A stretch of DNA of 64,000 bases from Octopus bimaculoides (Eukaryota): assembly GCF_001194135.2 (NCBI RefSeq), contig NC_069001.1, positions 8,273,725 through 8,337,724 of the forward strand, given 5' to 3'. The notes beneath the pieces were generated by a model. It ran no database searches and had not been told where the DNA came from. It worked only from the letters and a program-made list of their open reading frames with translations. Positions 13,075-26,769 of this stretch are shown here, piece after piece. Position 1 is the first letter of the stretch, and each line of letters opens with the position of its first letter. A program made the translations under genes and the position numbers.

Positions 13075-14575
13075 ATATAGTTCTTAGAACATCTCTTTCT
13101 TCTTGCATTCATTGACATGCAGGTCTTCTGGGATTTGGCTGCTATTTCTAGCAGTTTTAGTGACCATGTAGAGATTCTCCCATTGACATGTAAAAGAAAA
13201 AGCTTACAGCACTGGGTTTTTAAAAATGTTTTTGTGGTCACCAATTGACCTACAGCTGTTCATATTGAACATGAACCTACACTGATTTCATTATTCTTGG
13301 AGGAGCTGTAAATTCCACAAGGCACAGCTCCCCTATTTTTGATTAACTTAGACAGAAAAAGAAATTCTCTGTCAACACTTGCATGGCTGTTTCTTTAAAG
13401 TGTGGCCACAGTCAAAATGACTGAAACAAGTAAAGGAATAAAAGAATATTCCTGGATTCCTTTGTGAACCCCAGGGTGGGAACTGCTGGCATAGATGTTC
13501 ACATTTTGGCTTGATAGGGAATGAATGATACTTGCTAAATCCAGAAAGTTTTCCCTTTTTTTTTTAATCATAAAACATGAGCGGTCCCAGATTTATAGGT
13601 GAGGGGTGGCAGGAAACCACAGGAGTGATGTATACTGCTTCTCTCTGTTTTGAGAGAGAGAGAGAGAAAGAGAGTGAGCATCTGAAAACTGGGTCATAGA
13701 TATTTGTCTCTCTTTAGCTCTGTTTCTCTCTGCTCTACTCTGAGTAGATGGCTAGCTCTCATTTGAAACCCATTGAGAAGTTTTAAGTAGAAAGAGTCAA
13801 TGAAACAATTACACAGTTTTACTTATTTAATAAGTTGGGAGACACTTTTTTTTATTTAATCATTTCATTTCATTTAAAAATATTTTCATAATCTCATTTA
13901 GTTTGAATTAGAGGAGGAGGCTTAGAGTGGTGTGGAAGGGTAGTGTGTTTATAACATTCATGAATCAGAGGAGGGAGATGTAGTGAGAGTGGAGAGGAGG
14001 CTGGGATAGAAGGGGTGATGAAAGTCTGTTCTTCCAGTGTCTGTTGGCTCCTCTTAACCTACATAGGTGTTTCTACATTTATTTATTCATTTCCTACTGT
14101 TGCCAACTGAGAAGCCTGTCTACTGCATGTGGTTGTTCAACTTGCTAGAAATATCAGCAAGTATCCCTTAAATCACACCCTACCAACCTTAAAAAAAAAA
14201 AGAAAAAAGGGAAGGACACATTGGAAGCTGTAGTCATAAATTACACTGTCAGAATTATAGACAGGGTGGAAGAGACCTTTGATCATGGGTCTGCTATATG
14301 GGGTTACCAACAACTTTTGTCATGTCCCCTGCCCCCAGCCATTATGCCATATCAAGGATGAACTTCTTTTTTCTGTTTTAAAAAAAAAAATTTTTTTTTT
14401 TAATAATTTGGCCTCAAGTAGGGGTGGAAAAGGTTTTTAGTACTGAGGGACAAAGTGCGAGAGCATAAAAGAACTTGTGGGAACACATCTGTAGAGTTAA
14501 TGATAATGAATCTTAAATTTTTACAAATTATACCAAGCAGTTATGCTTAGCCTTGCCTAGATTTAGTAATGACTG

Positions 14576-14621
<46 letters not shown>

Positions 14622-15661
14622 GTTGTATAGTGCTGCAAATTCTCATTTATTTTTGTTGATTTACAGTTCATATTACGTGAGTTAACTTGGTTGACAACAC
14701 TCACTTGTAAGGTCACTTGCTAACAGAAATTTAGTACTTGTGAACCGCTGTCCTCTGCAAATTCGCATTCCATGAAAGTGGGAATCAAGCCCAAGAACTC
14801 TTGATTGCAAAACAAATTTCTTAATCATCCTTCAGCCATATTCTGTGCCCATGTAATACAATATTACATAGCTTCTAGACAAAAGTTTATTCACCAACAT
14901 AGTATAACTCGTGACACATTGGTTCATGTTCTTTCTGTTTCTTCTATTATGACCACTACTATTGCTACTTTCAGCCAATATGGAAGTCTTTATAGAGTCA
15001 CTTGACCTACTAGAAATAACCAAAATAGGAAAAATTTGTTTTTCCACACACACACATGACAGGCTTCCACACAGTTTTCATCAAGTAAATCCATTCACAA
15101 CATATTAATTGGCCCAGGGCTATAGCAGAAGTCACTTGCCCAAGATGCCATGTTGTAGGACTGAAACTCTGTGTATGTGCACGTGTGCGTTTGTGTTTTT
15201 TTTTTGTCTCCCTACCATCGTTTGAAAACCCGGTGTTGGTTTGTTCATGTTACCATAACTCAGCGGTTTGGTAAAAGAGACATGTAGAATAAGTACCAGA
15301 CTTTAAAATAACTACTGGGGTTGATTTGATTGACTAAACCTTTCAAAGCAGTGCTCCAGCATGGCTGCAGTTCATTTACTGAAGCAAGTAAAAAAATAAG
15401 AGATTTTAGATGCATTCTAGAGGCTAGGTCTTGTATGTTCTAATTTTGTTATGGTTTCTATGGCTGGATTCCCATTACCATCCAATTTATAGAGTGTACC
15501 AAGTACATTTTCTTTGTGGCACCAGCACTGGAAAGGTTGTCATGCCTCTGGCAAGACTAAAGGATTCTCTTCATGTTGTTTCTGTTTGTTCACTGGCGCC
15601 AGAAGGGTTATCTTGTCTCTGACAAGACTTAAGGAGAGTCTCCTATGTGTTGTTTCCATTT

Positions 15662-15965
15662 GTGAGAGGGAGGGAGGGAGAGATGGAAGAGGTTCATAGG
15701 AAAAAGGAGAGGTGGTGGTGGTGGTGGTGGGGGCTAGGATGACAGGAATGGTAGGAAAGGAAGAAGAAATAGTAATGGAGGAGAGTGGTAGGAGAATGCC
15801 TGGGTGAAAGAAGTAGGAAGGCAGAGAAGAAGATTAAAAGGGTGTGAGATAATGATAGAAGGAAGACAGGGTGATGGAAGAAGGAGAAAGAGAGTAAAAG
15901 AAGAGGGAAAGAATATTTAAAGAGAACAAGAGATATAATGGTAAAAAGTAACCAGTTGATTGGTG
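15662..15965. repeat. Purine-rich (GA-rich) low-complexity tract
   Basis: About 300 bp dominated by G/A on the + strand. Confidence 0.8.
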
Positions 15966-16273
15966 ACAGAGAGACTTGATATGAGTATAAATTGGCAAGA
16001 AAGATTGAAATGTGGGTGTTAAACATCCCAAACTTTATTCGTATTATTATTTTTTATGTTTGTTTTTCATGTGGGTTGGATAGGTTTTTCCCCATTCCAG
16101 TACAACATTTTGCCTCTTGTGTTCATCTTTTGTCATCATCTTGATGAGGTCCAGCTTCTTGAGATCTGTCTTCATCAGTCTTCTTATTTACCATCTTCCA
16201 CAGATTCTTTCTTCCAGTTATGTATATATGCTTATACACACGCACACACACACACACACATTTGTACATACCT

Positions 16274-16456
16274 CTTTTACTTTTTTACTTGTTTCAGTCA
16301 TTTGACTGCGGCCATGCTGGAGCACTGCCTTCAGTCGAGCAAATAGGCCCCAGGACTTATTCTTTGGAAGCCTAGTACTTATTCTAAGTTACGGGGACGT
16401 AAACACACCACCATCAGTTGTCAAGCGATGCTGGTGGGACAAACACAAACACACAC

Positions 16457-16491
<35 letters not shown>

Positions 16492-16706
16492 CGACAGGCT
16501 TCTTTCAGTTTCCATCTACCAAATTCACTCACAAGGCTTTGGTCGGCCCGAAGCTATAGTAGAAGACACTTGCNNNNNNNNNNCAAGGCTTTGGTCGGCC
16601 CGAAGCTATAGTAGAAGACACTTGCTCAAGGTGCCACGCAGTGGGAATGAACCCAGAACCATGTGGTTGGTAAGCAAGCTACTTACCACACAGCCACTCC
16701 TACACC
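16274..16706 (-). mobile_element. SINE family 1 copy (young; spans a 10-N gap)
   Basis: cagtcatttgactgcggccatgctggagcactgcc...acgacaggcttctttcagtttccatctacc..gaagacacttgctcaaggtgccacgcagtggg; CpGs retained. Confidence 0.85.
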
Positions 16707-17224
16707 TATATAAATATAAAATTTCGATATATATATATACATATAATCTCAAAATACAAAAACTAATTATAGTAAATTGCAATTTATTCTTACTTCAGGT
16801 CATAATGTTTATAGGATAATAGTGAATAAAGAAGTAACATAAATTAAATATATTATGGTGAGAAAAGAAAAAGAAAGTTGTGCAGTTAACAATTTTCAAA
16901 TTATTTTTACTAGAAATGAACAATCAAGTGATGGTTTATTCTTATGGATTAAGAAAGAATTTTTGATCCTATATCTAGATACATTTTAGGTTCTCATTAA
17001 AACACAGCTATCATAATAATTATTATTTCTGACTTGTTATGTTACTGTGTTTCAGTCAGTCCGACAAACTAGATTACTTCCAGTTAATTAGACCCCATTG
17101 TTATCAAAATGATTTAGGCTTGCACTTATATAAGAATTCTTTAAACTGACTGAAATTCCAAGAATTCCTTTTATATTTTATTGTTGCATTCAGGGAATGT
17201 TTTCATTTAACTCAGGCTAAAGCT

Positions 17225-17261
<37 letters not shown>

Positions 17262-18649
17262 NNNNNNNNNNNNNNNNNNNNNNNNNNNNNNNNNNNNNNN
17301 NNNNNNNNNNNNNNNNNNNNNNNNNNNNNNNNNNNNNNNNNNNNNNNNNNNNNNNNNNNNNNNNNNNNNNNNNNNNNNNNNNNNNNNNNNNNNNNNNNNN
17401 NNNNNNNNNNNNNNNNNNNNNNNNNNNNNNNNNNNNNNNNNNNNNNNNNNNNNNNNNNNNNNNNNNNNNNNNNNNNNNNNNNNNNNNNNNNNNNNNNNNN
17501 NNNNNNNNNNNNNNNNNNNNNNNNNNNNNNNNNNNNNNNNNNNNNNNNNNNNNNNNNNNNNNNNNNNNNNNNNNNNNNNNNNTTACACATACACACGTAT
17601 GTGTGTATGAAAACATTTTTGTCTTTTATTCTTTTGGTGGGGGTTGATAATCAAAATACTTGTCCAGGACAGAATTGTGTGTGTGTGTGTGTGTGTGGGT
17701 GGGTCTTCTGCAAATACTTGACAATCTCACTAGTGCTGGTGCCACGTGGAAAAAAAAAAACAAAAAAAAAACACCCAATACACTCTGTAAAGTGGTTGAA
17801 ATGGTTGGCATTCGGGAGAGCATCCAGTTGTAAGAACCATACCAAAGCAGATAATAGTTTGTTATGACTGGTAGACCATGAACTTTTTTGAGAAGAGAAA
17901 ACTTGTAGTTTCTCTATCCCTGAGGGAGATGGTCTGAAGATAGCATTTGTTATCAGTTTGAGACAGGTAGCAGTGGTCTGTTAACTGTAGTGGCATTTGT
18001 GATCTGATTAGGGTGATAGAATTTGTTTTATTGAGTGGAGTGATATTTGTAGTGTGTTTGGGGTGGTAGAATATGGTCTGCTTAATGAAGCGGCCTAAAT
18101 CTAACCCTCTATCATTTCTGTTGGTTTGGAAATCTTATCTGTGAATCATCTATATTTGTTAACTTTCAGTCACTCTTTTGTGTATTCCTTTCTCTTGGTG
18201 ACCAAGCTAAACTTGTAGCTGACAAAAGAGTTTACAGAACCCAAGACAATAAATCAAAATGTCAAATAAGCAGAGTGTGAAAGTGTGACATGAATATATA
18301 TATATATACAAATAATATACACATGCGTGTGGGTGATAGTGTTTGCATTTCCTTGTTTTCACATTGTGTGATGGCTGTAAATGGATGTGTTACTACTGTG
18401 CAAGTGGTGTCCTTAGTTTCCACGAAAACATGTTGAACCATGGGGAAATATTACTTTGCTTGGAAACAGGTGACAGTTAGCGACAGGAAGGGCTTCAACT
18501 GTCAGATGTTCACCTCAGTGAATTTCTGTCTGATCTATGCAAGCATGGGAACATTGGCTTCTACCTCTCCCACAGAAGTATAGCTTTGTCTGATATGTCA
18601 TAGTACTTGACAGTCTGATAGCTATGGAGTAAAGTTTGTAACTATCATT

Positions 18650-18680
<31 letters not shown>

Positions 18681-18827
18681 CGTGTGTGATACATTTGCTG
18701 AGTGTTGTCTGCAACTCTTCCTTTCAGGATCAATAACATAAAGTACCAGTTGAGCGCTGGGGTTGATGTGATTGACTAGCCTCTGCTTCATAGATTGCAG
18801 GTCTTTGAGCCTAAAGTAGAAAGGATG

Positions 18828-18896
<69 letters not shown>

Positions 18897-18984
18897 TTTT
18901 CGGACAAAACCTTTTGTAACCTTCATCCTGTCTTTGTCCTTACATGTTTTTAATTGATATTAGCCCTTGTAGCCAATAAAACAA

Positions 18985-19029
<45 letters not shown>

Positions 19030-19052
19030 TATTATTATTATTATTATTATTA
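18828..19052. repeat. Trinucleotide microsatellites: (ATT)n at 18828-18893, then back-to-back (AAT)n(ATT)n at 18987-19052
   Basis: Directly visible. Confidence 0.9.
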
Positions 19053-19285
19053 CCACCATCATTGAGCTGGTGTTTGAAGGAATTTTGATTTGATGGAAGG
19101 ATTTAAAATGGGAAGTTTTTATTGTAGAACCAAGGGGGCAGGGTTGCTATAAAAAGGACTAAGATTAACGGTGTAAGTATTCCTTATCTGAACAGTGGTA
19201 TGGTATGAATGGCACATACTGTGCTATCATATCAAACACACTTTCTTTGAATGGAAGAAAAGTGCTTGATGGCACTCCCATGTAT

Positions 19286-19327
<42 letters not shown>

Positions 19328-19917
19328 GAATGCAGTCTTGGTTGTGGTTAACCAATATGTATTTTTCAAGTTTGGTTTCACTGCATGGCCTCTTAAATTG
19401 ACTAAAACCTTTTGAATGAAATATGGTTGAGAGAACTTGTACAGAAGCTTGTCATGTGTGTGTGTGAGTGCCCTTGTTCATGTTTACACCATGTCACAGC
19501 TAGTGCTGTTCATTCTTGTCTTGTAATATAGTAGTTTGCCTTGTGAATGAAATTGGTAAATGGAAACTGAAAGAATGGCTTGTGTATCTATTCATATATT
19601 GCTTATGTGTGATTGTATGAGTGCATGTGTTTGTATTTTCACTTTGTTATCTTGTCTTTATGTGATACTGCTTGGCAATTGGTGTTACTCTGTTTACATC
19701 CTTGTAACTGAATGGTTTGGCAAAATAGAAACTAATAAAGCAAGTACTTAACATGAAAAATATATACTGGGGGTATTTTAATTCATTAAACTCTTCATGG
19801 TAGTGCCTCAGTGTGACCATCATCCAATTACCAAAATCCGTGTGTGTGTGTACCATAAATATTACACCCCTTTATATCAAGAAGACTGTTCTGATTTTTG
19901 ACTCTATGGGTATACTG

Positions 19918-20052
19918 ACACACACACACACACACACATGCACACACACACATGCATGCACACACACATGCATGCATGCACACACACATGCATGCACACA
20001 CACATGCATGCACACACGGTCTCACGCACACACACGGTCTCACACACACACA
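19918..20052. repeat. Compound (CA)n/(CATG)n microsatellite
   Basis: Mostly alternating purine-pyrimidine tract with higher-order repetition. Representative of dozens of (CA)n, (TA)n, (TATG)n and (CT)n tracts in the window. Confidence 0.9.
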
Positions 20053-21215
20053 CAAGCCCTTGAAGACTAGATCTCTGTGATTGGATGTTCTTGAAAAAAT
20101 GCATGTTGATAAGAAAAATGTGGGTAGTGAAGGGAATCCAGAATGTTGACATGCCTGTATGTTCATGTGTGTGTGTGTATGTATATGTACACATATATGT
20201 GTGTGTATGTACAATTATATTTACCATACTCATGTACATTCATACCTGAAAAAGCTATCACAGTGGAAATTGTCTTGGGAGAAAATTCTCATAGACAATG
20301 TGTGTGAAAACAGAGTGCAGGGCTTTGAGTGATGTCATCAGACCATAGGTTGCAGTCACTTCTTTGTTGTTACACTTCATTAGCTATGGACACTGCATCT
20401 GTCATTCATAGCTCACTATGAAACAGGCGTTCTTATATTTAATCAGAAAATAGTACAATTGCTGATGTCTCTAAAGCTTGGTCAGGCTGGAATTAGCTAA
20501 GGGTACATGCAGCAGTGATGATTCAAATATATGTGTGGACAATTATATTTAACATATCTGTGTGCATTCAGATATGGAAAGACCTTCACTGCGGAAATTG
20601 TCTTAGAAAAAATTCTCCTTATACATTGTTTGTGAGTGTATATGCATATCTGTGTGTTATCATCATAGATACATGCACATATGTGTGTTTGTGTGTATAT
20701 GTATGTGTATATATATCCTTGTCTCATATATTTTGGCACGCCTCCTAAAGCGGTTTCTGATATGTTTGTGACAATATAGTCTTTAAAACTGAGGAGGATG
20801 TGGTATGTATGTGAATGCATGTATGTATGGTTGGGTTGTGGGTTGGTATGCATGGGTGTATATTTGAGTGTTTATGGCTGTGGGTGTGTGTATAGTTGTC
20901 TATCTGTCTGTATGTATGTATGAAACATTAATTGTTGCTAGCAGTCAACCAAGTAGCTATTTAATACAATAAAACACTAAACACTGAAATTTAGTGTCTT
21001 TATTCAAGTATCTTTTGAGTGTTTTTTTCTAAATTTTATTTCTATCCTATATTCATGTAAACAGTAGCATTGTTGTTAGAGGTTTTCAAATAGCCAGCCT
21101 CTACTCTGAATTTCTAAGCGTAACAAGTGACTGCGCAAGTGGATCAGAGTATTTTTTTTTAATTTGAAGTCAGCTGTTTTATTTGTTTTGTCACTGATGT
21201 GTACAGTTTTCATTC

Positions 21216-21247
<32 letters not shown>

Positions 21248-21346
21248 NNNNNNNNNNNNNNNNNNNNNNNNNNNNNNNNNNNNNNNNNNNNNNNNNNNNN
21301 NNNNNNNNNNNNNNNNNNNNNNNNNNNNNNNNNNNNNNNNNNNNNN

Positions 21347-21712
21347 CTTTTACTCATTCCAGTCATTAGACTGCGGCCATGCTGGGGCATTGCCTTGAAG
21401 AACCTGTGGTCAGATGTATCAAACTCGATACTTATTCTTTTCTTTGTAAGCCTAGTACTTACTCTATCGGTCTCTTTTGCTGAACCATTATGGGGACATA
21501 AACACACAAACACTGGTTGTTAAGCAGTGGTGGGGAACACACACACATGTATGATGGACTTCTTTCAGTTTTCGTCTACCAAATTCAGTTAGAAGGCTTT
21601 GGTCAGGCTATAGTAGAAGACACTTGCCCAAAGTGCCATGCAGTGGGACTGAAATCAGAACCACATGGCTGGGAAGCAAAATTCTTACCACACAGCCATT
21701 CCTGCTCCTATG
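21347..21712 (-). mobile_element. SINE family 1 copy
   Basis: Same head and tail as 16274-16706, with more substitutions. Confidence 0.8.
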
Positions 21713-22372
21713 CGAGATGTTTTTTTTTGTTTTTGTTTTCATGTTTCACCTACTCTTACTATTCCCCATCTCGCAACTCACCATGTTTTTTTTTTGTCTC
21801 CCCACATGCTGTAGTGTTTTGTCTGGTCCTCCATCTATTTGAGCCTTGGTTTTGTTGCTGGCTGTAGTTCTGTATAACTCTTCCTCTTTTAGAAATCATT
21901 GCCTCACAATACAGAGGTGCTGGCTAACTGTTGTACTGCCTGTCATCTTCTTTGAGTGTGTGTGTGTGTATCTTTCTTTCTTTCTTTCTTTATTAATTAA
22001 TTAAAAGTGAGTTTGTAAGGATATATTACCCAGGCGGATACCATGTTGGCTCTCTGTTTGGTTGCAGATGCCAGCTGACCACAATGGTCATTATCCAATG
22101 ACAGTGCAGTACTTACAACAAATTGTTAGTCACTAGTAAATTCTCGTGTTCTGTAATTCCGTGTGTGCTACTCAGGACTGTAAAGATTCCTTATAGTGTA
22201 TAATAATATTATTAATATTATTATACACTCCTTATTATATATATATAGATAGATATGTTTATGTATATATGTGCATAAATATATATATATATATGTTTGT
22301 ATGTATGTGTATGATATATGCTTATATGTATGTATATTAATATTTATGAATGTATATAAGTATGTGTGTGTG

Positions 22373-22403
<31 letters not shown>

Positions 22404-22550
22404 GGAGTATTTTTATTTGTTTAGATAGAGGTCAGTTGTGATCTAACAGATCTACGATCAAAGGTGTTCTTTGTTTTTGAAGACAGGAGGGGGTATTTTT
22501 AAAGAAATTTGCTAGATATTTTTAGTGGATTGTGTGACCATGAGCTCTCT

Positions 22551-22591
<41 letters not shown>

Positions 22592-23212
22592 TGTGTTTGT
22601 ATGTGTATGGAAGTGTATAGATAATCATTTAGGTTTACAAACAGGAAGAAAATGTACTCAACATGAAAGGTAGTGTGTGTAAGATATTTTTGGGGAGCTG
22701 AGTTATCTTGATTCATAACTTCAAATTTTACATTGCTGATAGCTGAATCGTGTTACTTTAATATTTAAGAATTTCATCAGTGGATCTTGCATCTTTGCAT
22801 GTACTATACTGGGAAGATGCCAGCCACTAACTAAATGTTGATACAATATGACAGCCATATCTCGTACAACATTAACGATCATATGAAACTGCTGTAATAA
22901 AGATAATTGATAGCTACACTCTGCTGATGTTTTTGTATGATTCATCACAGAACACACTATGCATCCTGAGTTCTGTTTGAATACTGGTTCACCTGACCTT
23001 TAAATCAGGTGAACCAGTATTCAAGCAGTATACATATTAATGTATGTGTATAAACAAGGAACTCTCTATATATTTATTCATTTTGCTAAAAATCAGACCT
23101 TTCCATAACATCAATCAAAGTTGAACTGCAGACTAAACAACACAACCACCTCCACCACCAGAGTCAGAAAGAAAGAAACAAACAAAAAAATTTTTTTTTT
23201 TTTTCTTGTTTG

Positions 23213-23261
<49 letters not shown>

Positions 23262-24039
23262 TGTGTGTGTGTGTGTGTTCATATCTACATAAATGTACAT
23301 ATGAATTCATGAACATTCCAGACTTCACCTTTCTTTGTCTCTTTCCCTCTCAAACCATTCCACCCGCCTTTTATGGATAACATAAGCCCAACAGGTTATG
23401 CATACTTTCATATGTGGAGCTTTTGGGTCTCCTTGTATATATGTTGTTCTGCAACTGCCCATTACTGAAAAAAACCCCCCAAAAAAACAGGTGACATACA
23501 TCAGTCTGTAGAAAGCCATCAACTTTCAACGAAAGAGCCTTTATGCATTTGCTTGAACTATGAGAAATAGCAGTCAAATCTCCCTCAGATCACTCCCCAG
23601 CTAAACATTTTAAATAAAGAAAGACACATTGCACAATCCCGGATGCATTAAAAAAGAAAAGAAAAGAAAGATGAGATAGTTATGGCTGCTGCTCTAGTAA
23701 TTATTGGTCTGCAATATCAGGGTTTACCTGAGCTAAACAACAATAATCAACTCTCAGCTTTTGATCTTTTATCAAAGGTTCAATTCTTAGCAGTTGACAT
23801 AGATTTGGTCATTGTTGTCTGTCTGTCTCTCAATTCACCTGGCTACCCAATTGCTTCCCCTCAACTCCACTACTACATCCAATTTCCTTCCTCTTCAGTC
23901 CGTGTTCTATTATGCAATTTCTCCCTTTCTTAACATGGATATTCTATTTTATTGATCTTCATTTTATTGATTTCTCTCCTCTTTGCAATAACAATTTTCT
24001 ATTCATAATTTTCTCTCTTACTCTGTATATGTGCATGTG

Positions 24040-24070
<31 letters not shown>

Positions 24071-24617
24071 CTGTATGCATGTATATATAAATATGTATGT
24101 GTATGCATGCATGTGTTTATGTTTATGTAAATGTGTATGTGTGAGGGCAGGGTTTGTGTTAATAAAAGATTCTTATTAGGAATATATGTCAGTCTTTAAT
24201 ATGTTTTCCCCTACCATCTCCATCCATCACCTCTCCTCTTTACCCCTTCATTGATATTTGAACTATTGATCTTCTCTTTTTTCCTTCTTAACATCCATTA
24301 CTTTAAAACGTCCCCCACCTTTCTTTCTAGTGTTATTTCACTCGGAATGATTTGTTCCCTCTTGCCTTTATGAGTCTGTCTTTCAGTCTCTTTTGTCTCT
24401 GTGGTCCTCCTTATTTGTCTTTATGGGTGTCTTACCACCACTGCCCTTCCCAATCACTATCACAAATACCACAGTCATTATCATCATTACCATCGCTAAT
24501 ATTGGATCTTCATCGCATCATCATCATCATCATATCTCCATAATTGAACTGTATTACCATAATTATTAGCATTTGCTAGAATCTTGAAAAGCTATATATG
24601 TTTGTGTGTATGTGTGT

Positions 24618-24653
<36 letters not shown>

Positions 24654-25164
24654 ATATATATACACACACATACACGCACACACACTCACATATGCATGCA
24701 CATATATGCATCCAATATATCCAATATTCTAAATTGGTAAATTCACTGCCAAATACATAATTTGGTCAAATGTTGGAGGAGTTCAGGATTGATAAACTTG
24801 ATTTTAAAAGTTCAGCCAGTATAAATATGTCTTTATTTATCGAACAGATGACCTATTATCATTATTGGATCTAGACTATCATGATCACTGTATCTTCATA
24901 ATTGAAGTGTGATTAATAATCATTGGTTAAGGGCTATGAGTTTATATCTTTAGGTTAATCTAGTTAGGTTTATTAATTAATCAGTCCACCCTGTGCATGT
25001 TTGCACATCAGGCAGCAGCTCTCCTTCAGTGTCTTGGATTGTTTCTGGAAAGGTAAAAATGACTGCCACAGCTGTAATAACTGTTTGTTACACCCCACCC
25101 AGTTCATGGTAAGGTCTTTGACAGGGTTATTCTAAACAGAGTTTGAAATCATCTGCTTGCCTCT

Positions 25165-25472
25165 CAGTGGCCAGAGCAGTCAGAGTTTACACCAAAGACG
25201 TCAGCTACTGACAGGATCCTGGCTCTTCATATACTCATTGAACAGCAGCAGGGTTTTCAGCGGAGGCTTCTTGCAGCTTATGGCAATGTCTGCCGGGGTG
25301 TTTGACTCAGTGGGCTGGGATGTGCTCTGGAGGATTCTGGAGCTGCAAGGTATACCTCACTGACTTGTTGGGTTGATGACAGTCTTGTATACTAGAACAG
25401 TGAATACAGTTCAGATTGGGGGTTCAGCATTTGACTTTTTCCCAGTTAGATGTGGGGCCCCATCAGGATTTG
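25165..25472 (+). mobile_element. RTE-clade LINE reverse transcriptase fragment
   Basis: PEQSEFTPKTSATDRILALHILIEQQQGFQRRLLAAY..[frameshift]..VFDSVGWDVLWRILELQGIP*LVGLMTVLY..DFFPVRCG. Follows the RT order Q-x-GF..ST.D.I / AAYVDxxKAFDSV / GVRQG. One frameshift and one stop. Confidence 0.85.
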
Positions 25473-26769
25473 AAATCAGAATGTAAGGAGCCAAAATAAA
25501 TACTGTGAAGCATTTCATCCAACATTCTAATATCTCTGATGGTTTGCTATTGGTTGTGTGTGTTTTTCTATATTTTCCCAGTAGTTTTCTTCATCCTTTT
25601 GAGGAAGTCCATCTTGCATTGCTGATTTTTGCTTATTCATGGTCTGGCCACTGTACAGTGTGACCTGTCTGTCCACATTTTTTATTACTATCTTGGAGAG
25701 TTTTTGTGATGATTCTCTTCTTAAGACTTCATTTATATTATAAGATGTTCATTTACAATATGATCATGTTAAGATATTTTCAGGATTTCATTAGGTCGAC
25801 TGGTTTTATTGCCTAAATTTGGGTAGATAGTTGTTAAGTACTTTTTTTCTTTTGACCTACCTTACTTAATATTAGATTACATACTTAAGATCTTGGATTA
25901 TTATTATTATTTTTTTATTGTTATTGCTTGTCTTCCCGCCCCTTTCTCCATACTCTCCATCTCTTGCTCTAGCCATACACCCTTGCAATCCTCTCATCCC
26001 TATCCAACCACACCCCTAATTCCTCTTCCCCCATTCACTTTGACTCACTTTGTGCCTTGAGGGGGGCCACCTGGACACCTCATCACCACTATTTATCACT
26101 TTGCAGTTTCTCCTGATCAATCACATCTCTTCTTATCCCTTTAGCATTCAAATTATTCTGTCAAATGTAACGTTTATTTATTCACACTGCTTTGGATTAA
26201 TTGCAAATTGTCTCATAGTTTTGATATTTCAATGCTACGATTATTTATTTTTAGAATGACAATGTAGGGTAGATGTAAGAGGCTGGACCTGTCCAGTTGG
26301 AACAATAAGAAAAACAAAAGATAGAATATTTGGGCCAGATATTGTTGGTTTGAATGCCTAAGGGTAAAATGTGAGTGACTATGTAGCTCCTTTATAACAG
26401 GAAACTGTTCTTCCTCCTTCTTTCATGCTTTAACCTCCTCATCTCCTAACATAAAGATGAGCCTTCCCTCCCCCTCAGGGTTTCATAGTCTTGCAAGCTA
26501 TATGGCAAAAACTTATTAATGCTGATGACATGAAAATCCAGTACACATTGTAAAGTGGCTGGCATTAGGAAGGGCAAACAACTGTAGAAACCATGCCAAA
26601 GCAGACATTGGAGTGCAATTTTGTCCTTGGATCCATCAAATTGTGTCAAATCATCCAGTCCATGCCAGCATGAACCATGGACATTATAACCATTGGTTCC
26701 ATCCATAATAGTTTAGTGGTGGGATGATTGCTGTAAGTGAATTTAGACATTAGTGCACTGTTGAGGATA

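Noticed and set aside
16532-16625. 42-bp exact direct repeat (caaggctttggtcggcccgaagctatagtagaagacacttgc) on both sides of a 10-N gap
   Set aside because: Typical unmerged contig overlap inside a SINE; an assembly artefact rather than a duplication.
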